Positions 17,238-24,540 of a stretch of 64,000 nucleotides of DNA are shown here, piece by piece. The position numbers were made by a program, and so were the translations under genes. The stretch comes from Candidatus Poriferihabitaceae bacterium (GTDB lineage Bacteria; Pseudomonadota; Gammaproteobacteria; Arenicellales; Poriferihabitantaceae), in contig OZ245364.1 in assembly GCA_965226545.1 (NCBI GenBank), positions 2,600,612 to 2,664,611 of the forward strand, given 5' to 3'. The stretch's first letter is position 1, and each line of letters begins with the position of its first letter. The notes below the pieces were generated by a model. That model had not been told where the DNA came from, made no database searches, and was given only the letters and a program-made list of their open reading frames with translations.

Positions 17238-17272
17238 GCAAATCAAATCAAATCAAATCAAATTAAATCAAT
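17238..17272. repeat. (CAAAT)n pentanucleotide microsatellite
   Basis: gcaaatcaaatcaaatcaaatcaaattaaatcaat. Confidence 0.9.
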
Positions 17273-17301
17273 ACAACACAACAACCAAAAAAAAACCGCG
17301 A

Positions 17302-18516
17302 TTAACGCACGCGCACGGTGACGAATTCGCCGCCTTTAACTTCCTCTTCCTTATAGGAACCGTACACTTCGCCGACTTCGTTGAACTCGACGCCGGTGGC
17401 GCCGACATAATCAACATCACCGCCTTTGGCGAGAATCTTCAACGCCTTATCCAACTGCCCGGCGTAGATTTTGCGCCCCGGGGCGTTGGCGACTTGCATC
17501 ACCTTCGCTTGAATCGCGCCGCGTTCGGACGATTTTGCAGCCTGCATCGCCAGCAACAACAACGCCGCAGCGTCGTAGGATTCGGCGCGGAACGGGCCGT
17601 CGCCGTCCAAACCGTTTTTGTCGGCGAATTTATGGAAACGCTCGGTGGTTTTGTCTTCGCCGCCGGGACGCGTGCCGACTGCGCCGTTGAGTTCATCGCC
17701 GAATGCATCGGTCAGCGAATCGCCAATCATGCCGTCGCCAAACACGAATTTGTCGAACGCATCGGTGTCCAATGACGCCTGAATGATGCCCTTGCCGCCT
17801 TGGTCGAGATAGCCGAACACGGCCAAATGCGATGCGCCGGTGGTTGCCAATGCCGCGACTTCGGCGGAATAATCGGCGCGCCCGTCTTCATGCGCGACGC
17901 TGGCTTCGACCTTGCCGCCGAGCGATTCGAATGCATCGGTAAACGATTCGGCAAGCCCCTTGCCGTAGTCGCTGTTGGTGTAGGTGACGGCGATTTTTTT
18001 CACGCCGCGTTCCTTCATAATCTGCGCCAACACCTGCCCTTGACGCGCATCCGACGGTGCGGTGCGGAAGAAATAGCCTTTGTCGGCAATCGTCGACAAC
18101 GCCGGCGAAGTCGCCGACGGCGAGATAATCGCGACGCCGTTGGGCACCGCAACATTGTTGGCGATTGCGGTGGTTACGCCCGAACAATCGGCGCCCATAA
18201 TCGCGGCGACGCGGTCCGAGGTTACCAATCGTTCAGCCGCGGCGGTGGCGGCGGCGGCATCGACGCAAGTCGAATCGGCGCGCACCGAAGTCACAGTCGC
18301 GCCATCGAGCAAGCGACCGGACCGATTCACTTCGCTCATCGCCAATTCGGCGGAGGCGGCCATATCCGGGGTGAGCGATTCAATCGGCCCGGTAAAGCCG
18401 AGAATCACGCCGACCTTAATATCGTCGGCAAACGCCGTCGGCAGCAACAGCGCGCCAACGACGCACACCGCCGCCTTGCGCAAAGTGCACCGCCAGTTTT
18501 TGCTGATAACGTTCAT
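17302..18516 (-). CDS. Periplasmic ligand-binding protein (type 1 PBP, LivK-like)
   Basis: Start at MNVISKNWRCTLRKAAVCVVGALLLPTAFA, then DDIKVGVILGFTGP. GAGGA precedes ATG 18516. Confidence 0.75.
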   Translation of the reverse strand: MNVISKNWRCTLRKAAVCVVGALLLPTAFADDIKVGVILGFTGPIESLTPDMAASAELAMSEVNRSGRLLDGATVTSVRADSTCVDAAAATAAAERLVTSDRVAAIMGADCSGVTTAIANNVAVPNGVAIISPSATSPALSTIADKGYFFRTAPSDARQGQVLAQIMKERGVKKIAVTYTNSDYGKGLAESFTDAFESLGGKVEASVAHEDGRADYSAEVAALATTGASHLAVFGYLDQGGKGIIQASLDTDAFDKFVFGDGMIGDSLTDAFGDELNGAVGTRPGGEDKTTERFHKFADKNGLDGDGPFRAESYDAAALLLLAMQAAKSSERGAIQAKVMQVANAPGRKIYAGQLDKALKILAKGGDVDYVGATGVEFNEVGEVYGSYKEEEVKGGEFVTVRVR

Positions 18517-18646
18517 AATCAATTCCTCACAAAAGTAAACGGGGGTGGTTAAAAAAAGTGTTGGAAGTCGCCGGGCAACGGCGCGCCATCGCGGCAAAAC
18601 CCAATGCGGATGTCGTACAATGCCAAGCCGTTTTCCGAACGCGGCG

Positions 18647-18674
18647 ATTATACCCGCAATTGCCGCCGATGCAA
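18647..18674 (-). promoter_or_regulatory. Candidate sigma70 promoter for the binding-protein gene
   Basis: Minus strand reads TTGCAT - 16 nt - TATAAT. This would give a GC-rich leader of about 120 nt. Confidence 0.35.
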
Positions 18675-19079
18675 ACGAAACGCAATCGCTTCGATGTCCA
18701 ACCCGCCGCGTGCAAGTGGAGGTGGATTGCAATGAATATGAATATGAATTTGATTTTTAATTAAATTTAATTTTAATTTTATTTAATTTAATTCCATTCG
18801 CCGCCGCACTGTTTTGGGTTAATCTTTATTGTCGACAGTGGTCGGAAATCCTATTGCAATGCACATTTAACAATGCGCATTACGCTTTAACTTTTTTAGT
18901 TAACTTATTTATAGTTTGCCTTGATTGAATTAAGTTGCACACCGAATTTAATTTGCATTAGTTAAGTTGCACTTTTATTGTGACTGCAATGACGATGTTT
19001 ACAGTGCATACCGCACATACAACGTTTGATTACAGTTCACACAGTGATTAACCCTTCATTATTAAACGGAAAACCCGCG

Positions 19080-20135
19080 ATGAATTTTTACTGGCCGATG
19101 CGCCTGTCGTTGTTGTTGTATCTGGCGTTGCTTGCGTTGATTTCGGTGAATTTGGCGCAGTTGTTTCGCCTGCCGTTAATAGTCGTCGGCATTGCGCCGG
19201 GGATTGCGGCGATTGCATTGCTCGGCGCTTGGCTGTTTGGCGGCGCGCGACGCACCTTATTAACCTGCCTGTTAACCATCGGCACGTTCGGCTTGACCGC
19301 AGTTGCGGTGGTGTTGGCGTTGCCGGCGTGGCGGGTGATTGCCGGCGAACCGTCCGGCGCATCCGCCGGGCAAATGGCGCCGGTGTTTGCGGCCGCGCTG
19401 GCCTTGCATGCCTGCAATCTGTGGGTCGCCGCGGTCAACTCAGGCGAGCAGGAACAAAGCACCGAACGTCTCGCGCGATTGTTGTACGGCCCCGGCGCAT
19501 TGGCGTCGCTGATTACCGCGCTGATTTTATGCGCCGGCGCAACGTTGGGATTGGAATGGCTATCGACGCGCGGCGAACAATACGATGAATGGACGCGGCG
19601 ATTTTTACAGCGCGGCATCATCCCGCCGCTGACCGTAACGCTGTTTTTTTGGGGCGCGTTGTTGTTGTTTGGCAAAGCCTGGAACAACAGTTATCTGCGC
19701 CGCACCATCAAACATTGGCCGAACGCCGCCCCGCCCAGTTTGGCCGCATTTGCGGTCGGGTTGGATGTGCTGAGCGTCAACGCCGCCGCGATTGACCGCG
19801 GCATGCATCTGCTGTGGCAACGCCACGAAGAATCCTATTTGCTGCCGCGCTATCTCAGTTGGGCTGTGCCGATACTCGGCTTCATCGGCACGGTGCTCGG
19901 CATCTCGCTGGCCGCCGAAGGCATTCGCCGCATCATCGGCTCGGACGCCGGGCTGGCGAGTTTATCCGGCGATTTGGACGGCGCGATTGCGCCGCTCGGC
20001 ATCGCATTCGACACCACCTTGGTGGCGTTGTCGCTGAGCGTTGTGCTGATGTTGTTGTTGGTGTTGACGCAACGCAGCGAACAACGGCTGCTGGCCAATC
20101 TCGAACGCCGATTGCGCGAAACCGCCGGTGGCTGA
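19080..20135 (+). CDS. Divergent MotA/TolQ/ExbB-family channel protein with about 5 extra N-terminal TM helices
   Basis: The C-terminal third, PILGFIGTVLGISLAAEG...APLGIAFDTTLVALSLSVVLMLLLVL, parallels this window's TolQ (VGLFGTVWGIMNSF...APGISEALIATAMGLFAAIPAV). The start is taken at ATG 19080; the ORF-track start 19026 is a TTG. Confidence 0.6.
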   Translation: MNFYWPMRLSLLLYLALLALISVNLAQLFRLPLIVVGIAPGIAAIALLGAWLFGGARRTLLTCLLTIGTFGLTAVAVVLALPAWRVIAGEPSGASAGQMAPVFAAALALHACNLWVAAVNSGEQEQSTERLARLLYGPGALASLITALILCAGATLGLEWLSTRGEQYDEWTRRFLQRGIIPPLTVTLFFWGALLLFGKAWNNSYLRRTIKHWPNAAPPSLAAFAVGLDVLSVNAAAIDRGMHLLWQRHEESYLLPRYLSWAVPILGFIGTVLGISLAAEGIRRIIGSDAGLASLSGDLDGAIAPLGIAFDTTLVALSLSVVLMLLLVLTQRSEQRLLANLERRLRETAGG

Positions 20136-20649
20136 GCAGCCTCGACAAGTTGCGCCGGACGACGACAACAACGCGCCGATGATGGCGATTTTCGGCGGCG
20201 TGTTTGGGTTGCTGATGGTGTTTTTGGTGGTGGTCAATTTATATTCAGACGCCGCCCAACGCGAACGTCTCGAAAAAGGCGGCGAAGACGGCTTGTATCG
20301 CATCGAGCGGTTGGACGGCGGCAGCGGCTTTATCGTCATCACCTTCCCCGGCGAATTGCGCATCATCGAACTCGGCTTGAGCATCGCCTCGACAAAAATC
20401 TGCGCGCCCGGCGGCGCGTTTGTTAATTATGCGCGGCGCATCTATGAAGGCGACCGTGACCAATTGGTGTTTTTTATGTTGGAAGGCAGCGTGCCGACCA
20501 TGGCGATTGCGCGCGAATGTTTGCGCCAACTGTGGCCGCAAACGCCGCTGACCATCGGCTGGGTGATTGCCGACAACGAACTGCTCAAATCGGTTGCGCT
20601 CAACGACATCCCCAACTACATCCGCGAATACGTCGAGGAATCTCGATGA
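20128..20649 (+). CDS. ExbD/TolR-like bitopic membrane protein, no Asp in the TM
   Basis: Short acidic N-tail, one TM ([21 protein letters not shown]), then [13 protein letters not shown]...[21 protein letters not shown], which resembles the ExbD periplasmic domain. GTG 20128 overlaps the upstream stop; the alternative start is ATG 20179. Confidence 0.45.
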   Translation: MAEQPRQVAPDDDNNAPMMAIFGGVFGLLMVFLVVVNLYSDAAQRERLEKGGEDGLYRIERLDGGSGFIVITFPGELRIIELGLSIASTKICAPGGAFVNYARRIYEGDRDQLVFFMLEGSVPTMAIARECLRQLWPQTPLTIGWVIADNELLKSVALNDIPNYIREYVEESR

Positions 20650-22508
20650 AACGCGAAGCCGCGCGCAATGCATTGCCGGATTTTGCCGGCGTCGCCTTGG
20701 TCGATATTCTCGCCAACGGTTTGGCGATGTTGATTATTTTAATCGCCTTGAGCATCAGTGCGCGCAGCGAACACGAACAACGCACCACCGCGCAAGTCGA
20801 GGAAGTCGAGACCATGATGAGTCGACGTTTTAGCACTTCGCTGGTGCTGAACAGCCTCGCCGCCAGCCCGCCGGCGCAACTGCATGATTACGACAACTCG
20901 CCGATAGACCAGATTCTCGACCCGCAAATCCTGCCGATTATCGAACTGCATCGCGGGTTTGTGCGCGAATATTATCGCGGCACGGTGTGGACGCGCGCCG
21001 AATTGTTGCGCGAACCGAATGCGATGGACGCTTGGCTGCTCGAGTTTGACGAACAACGCAAAAACCGTTTGCGCGTCGACATCTACGACATCACGCAATT
21101 TTATTTGGTGATGTCGATTTTGCGCGACCACGATGTGCCGACACGCCATTGGCATTTTCTCGATGGCGGACTCGGTGCACTGGCCGCCGCCAACTGCCCG
21201 CCGGGCGTCGCCGCCAAAGATTGCAAAGGCGAAGGCGAACAAGGCGCATTGGCAAAATTAGCCGGCGAAAGCGGCGGCGGGCAAGGTGATGGCGATGGCG
21301 ATGGCGATGGCGATGGCAACGGTGAAGGCGGCGGACAAGGCGAAGGTCAATGGCCGCCGCAGGATGATGCACAAGGGCAAGGCGGGCAAGGCGCCGGCGG
21401 TGCGCCGTTTCCCGGCGGTGCCGCATTTGGCGATGTCGGCGGAATGCCCGGCGGCGTGCCCGGTGGACAACCGGGCGGGCAACCCGGCGGTGCCGCCGGT
21501 GGCATACCGGGCGGCATGCCCGGCGGATTGCCGGGCGGCGAACCGATGCTCGGCGGCGGCAGTTTCCCCAACGCCCGCCCCTTGCGCGCGCAACAATTGC
21601 CGGCCGATTTAAGCGCGTTTGGCTTGCTCGGCAGCGATTTGGATGCGCCGGTGCAGTTCCGCCGCTCGACGCCGGAATCGCTGCAATCCGCACAGCCACT
21701 CGACGATTTACAAGGCGAAGCGCCAAGCATCGCCGAAGTGCTGGCGGTGTTGTTGACCTATCTCGAACGATTGCAATTGACGTTGGAATTGGGCGGCTCG
21801 CCAACTTCGTTATTGGAAAACTTCAACGCCTATCTGCGCGCCGCCTTCGCCAACCCGCCGCCATTGCGCGGCGCCTCCGCCGAAATCGTCGATGACTTGG
21901 CGGCGCAATTAACCGATGCAACCCCGTCGCTCAGCGATTGGGATAAACCGCAGGCAACCTTAACCATCCGCCATCGCGCGCCGTTAATTGACACCGCCGA
22001 CGCCGCCGATGATGACGATGACAACGCCGCCACCCCGGCGCAGTTAATCGTTGCGCCGAACCGTCGATTGCAAGCCGTCATCGTTGCCGGCGGCGCACAA
22101 CCCCCGCCGCCGGCGGCGCGCCCGACCTTGCATCTCAACGCGCATCCGGATGTGTGGCGCGGGTTGTTGGTGGCGTTGGAACCGGATTCGATTTTATTGA
22201 TGCCGCCGGTGCAGCACGGCGCGACGCCATCGAACACAACGCAATTAAAATGGCGCGCACTCGCCTACATCGCCCCGACCTTTGACGACTTCATCGTCGG
22301 CTTCGCCTATGCCGCCATCGATGCCGACGGCAATCTGCAAATCGGCGGCGACGACAATCGCGTGCGATTGGACGGCGGCGCCTTGCGCACGCCGCATCTC
22401 AGCGCAAACTTCGGCGCACGCGGCTGGCTGTGGTCGTTGTATGTTGTATTGCTGCTCGGCTTGTTCGGCGCGGTTCTCCTCACCCGCCGATTATTCGCGC
22501 GCGGTTGA
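20646..22508 (+). CDS. Giant ExbD/TolR-like protein: N-terminal TM with Asp, ExbD-like domain, Gly/Pro/Asp-rich linker, about 300-aa unknown domain, C-terminal TM
   Basis: Start at [35 protein letters not shown], with an ATGA overlap onto the upstream stop. [24 protein letters not shown] is ExbD-like. Low complexity spans aa 194-307. The C-terminal TM is [20 protein letters not shown]. Confidence 0.45.
   Translation: MKREAARNALPDFAGVALVDILANGLAMLIILIALSISARSEHEQRTTAQVEEVETMMSRRFSTSLVLNSLAASPPAQLHDYDNSPIDQILDPQILPIIELHRGFVREYYRGTVWTRAELLREPNAMDAWLLEFDEQRKNRLRVDIYDITQFYLVMSILRDHDVPTRHWHFLDGGLGALAAANCPPGVAAKDCKGEGEQGALAKLAGESGGGQGDGDGDGDGDGNGEGGGQGEGQWPPQDDAQGQGGQGAGGAPFPGGAAFGDVGGMPGGVPGGQPGGQPGGAAGGIPGGMPGGLPGGEPMLGGGSFPNARPLRAQQLPADLSAFGLLGSDLDAPVQFRRSTPESLQSAQPLDDLQGEAPSIAEVLAVLLTYLERLQLTLELGGSPTSLLENFNAYLRAAFANPPPLRGASAEIVDDLAAQLTDATPSLSDWDKPQATLTIRHRAPLIDTADAADDDDDNAATPAQLIVAPNRRLQAVIVAGGAQPPPPAARPTLHLNAHPDVWRGLLVALEPDSILLMPPVQHGATPSNTTQLKWRALAYIAPTFDDFIVGFAYAAIDADGNLQIGGDDNRVRLDGGALRTPHLSANFGARGWLWSLYVVLLLGLFGAVLLTRRLFARG
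21285..21326 (+). repeat. In-frame (GGYGAT)n hexamer repeat encoding (GD)n
   Basis: ggtgat ggcgat ggcgat ggcgat ggcgat ggcaac ggtgaa. Confidence 0.9.
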
Positions 22509-22552
22509 ATGATGTTGATGGGTTGATGCGGGGCTTGCACAGTAATTTGTGC

Positions 22553-22583
22553 AATGTTTATTTAATGTTTATTTAATGTTTAT
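22553..22583. repeat. Tandem 11-mer (aatgtttattt) x 2.8
   Basis: aatgtttatttaatgtttatttaatgtttatg, in the spacer before the FGE-fold gene. Confidence 0.85.
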
Positions 22584-22676
22584 GCATTACGCATGCACCG
22601 TTCGACAGTACACATGCAACCCACACGCAACTTTATTAACGCGCACACACTTCCCAACACCGCAACAACCACTTAA

Positions 22677-24218
22677 ATGAACGCTTATAAACTCGCCGCG
22701 ATTGGTTTGTTGGTGTTGCTTGGCTTGGTCGGCTGGGTCACGCGGTTTGGCGCCGGTGAATTGCAAAGTGACACCCGCACCATCCAACTCGGTTTTGCCG
22801 CGGCGCAAACCGCGCGCGCCAAACCATTGGACGAGGCCACGCTCGATGCATTGGAACGCGGTTATTTCTCGCGCGAATTATCCGCGCGACTCGACCGTCC
22901 GCCGCATCGCGCGCAACTCGATGAATTTTGGGTTGACCGTTGCGAAGTGCGTCAAATTGATTTCGAACGTTTTGTCGCGTGGCGCGAACAAAACGGTGAA
23001 GCCGCGCCGCGCAGCACCTCGAGCGGACATCGCATCGCCGGCTTGTTGCATTCCCCGGCCAGCGGCGTCGATGCCGCCGACGCCGAGTTGTATTGCCAAT
23101 CGGCCGGCGGACGCCTGCCGTGGGCGGAGGAACTCGAGGCATTGGCAAGCGGGCGCAACGGGCGGCTGTATCCGTGGGGCGATTCGTTTGACGGCTCGTT
23201 TTGGCCGTATCAAGATGCGCATCGCAACGCTTCGCAACCGTGCGCGATTCATCCGCGCGCGTCCTCGCCCGAAGGCGTGCATGATTTGGCAAACAACGTG
23301 ATGGAATGGAGTCGCGGGCGGCGCGATGCGCATCCGCGCGACCGTCGTCCGGGCGCGCACGGTGCGCCGCCGATTCGCGCGCGCGGGCGGGCGTTGTATG
23401 CATTGTCGTCCGCGTGGCTGCCGATTGGCGCGCACACCCGCAGCCATCATCTCGGCTTTCGTTGCGCATATAACCAACCGCCGCGCGCGCCGTTTGCCTG
23501 GGGCGCGCGCGTTGACGCCGCGCGAATCGCCGGCGGCGATTATCCGCTTGGCGTGCCGGCTGATTTTCCGCTGGCGCGCGTCGCCGTGTTGTTGCCGCAG
23601 GCGCAACACCGCGAAGCGCGCCGCATGATTGGCGCAACCAAACGCGCGCGCCGTTTGCGCGTCGGCGTATGCGAAGTCAGCCGCGCCGAATACGCCGCAT
23701 TTTTGCGCCATCCGCTGGCACAACTCGGGCTGTTTGCCAATCAACACGAACCGCGCGGCGAAAATTACACGCCGCACAATTGGCAAAGCCAACGGCAAAA
23801 TCCAACCTTGCCGGTCAGCGGCGTCAACTGGTGGGCTGCCGATGCCTTCGCCCGCTGGGCCGGCGGACGTCTGCCGCGGCGCGATGAATGGCAACTGCTC
23901 GCCGCCGGCAAGGACGCGCGCGACTATCCATGGGGCGATGAATATTCGCCGGCGTTTGCCGCCGCCGGCATCGAACACGGCGTGCATGCTTGCGCAACCA
24001 ACGCACTCGACCAAAACGCGGACGGCGTGTTTGATTTGGCCGGCAATGTCTCCGAATGGACGCGCTCAGTGGTCGCCGAACGCGGCGATTACGCCGCCTG
24101 GGTGCAAGGCGGCAACCCGCGCCTGCCGCCGCAAACCGCCGCGCGTAGCGTGTTTGGCAGATTGGTGCCGCTCAATCACCAATCACCAAGCATCGGTTTT
24201 CGCGTGGTGTTTGATTAA
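22677..24218 (+). CDS. Membrane-anchored protein with two tandem FGE-sulfatase (SUMF1/GldK-like) domains
   Basis: N-terminal TM LAAIGLLVLLGLVGWV. Domain 1: DRCEVRQIDFERFV, GGRLPWAEELE, YPWGD, GVHDLANNVMEWS, HLGFRCA. Domain 2: CEVSRAEYAAFL, GGRLPRRDEWQ, DYPWGDE, GVFDLAGNVSEWT, IGFRVVF. Confidence 0.7.
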   Translation: MNAYKLAAIGLLVLLGLVGWVTRFGAGELQSDTRTIQLGFAAAQTARAKPLDEATLDALERGYFSRELSARLDRPPHRAQLDEFWVDRCEVRQIDFERFVAWREQNGEAAPRSTSSGHRIAGLLHSPASGVDAADAELYCQSAGGRLPWAEELEALASGRNGRLYPWGDSFDGSFWPYQDAHRNASQPCAIHPRASSPEGVHDLANNVMEWSRGRRDAHPRDRRPGAHGAPPIRARGRALYALSSAWLPIGAHTRSHHLGFRCAYNQPPRAPFAWGARVDAARIAGGDYPLGVPADFPLARVAVLLPQAQHREARRMIGATKRARRLRVGVCEVSRAEYAAFLRHPLAQLGLFANQHEPRGENYTPHNWQSQRQNPTLPVSGVNWWAADAFARWAGGRLPRRDEWQLLAAGKDARDYPWGDEYSPAFAAAGIEHGVHACATNALDQNADGVFDLAGNVSEWTRSVVAERGDYAAWVQGGNPRLPPQTAARSVFGRLVPLNHQSPSIGFRVVFD

Positions 24219-24540
24219 GCGGGATGGATGTGACGATTGATGTGTCAATTGATTTGACCATCGACACTTTGGGTTGTGGCGGCGATGCGGATTTGTTTTT
24301 GTTTAGTTGATTTCAGTTTTACTTTCGACTTGTTTTTGTTTTACTGCATACCGTTATATTGTTATGTCGTTTAATACTGTTTGGTTTTACTTAACCGAAT
24401 CAAGTAACAGCGAATCAAGTAACTAACTGCACAACGAATCGAATAACGAAGTGCATAATGAAGTGCATAGCATAATGAAGTGCATAGCATAACGAAGTGC
24501 ATAACAAGTCGAGACAATCAATGCATCGACGACCACACAT

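Noticed and set aside
19026-19079. The TTG-initiated 18-codon extension of the ExbB-like ORF.
   Set aside because: It lies in the AT-rich spacer. The first ATG (19080) directly precedes the first hydrophobic helix. This remains uncertain.
19080-22508. Assignment of the MotA/ExbB-like cluster to Zorya (ZorAB), to a flagellar stator, or to a TonB or Tol system.
   Set aside because: There is no long ZorA-type C-terminal tail and no ZorC/ZorD. The partners lack an OmpA/MotB peptidoglycan-binding domain. No TonB/TolA-like gene or TonB-dependent receptor is adjacent. A canonical tolQRA-tolB-pal locus already exists at 54-58 kb.
22677-24218. Annotating the FGE-fold protein as a sulfatase-maturating enzyme or an EgtB-type sulfoxide synthase.
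   Set aside because: No sulfatase gene is nearby, there is no DinB-like N-terminal domain, and the domain is duplicated and membrane-anchored. Enzymatic function cannot be inferred from the fold signature alone.
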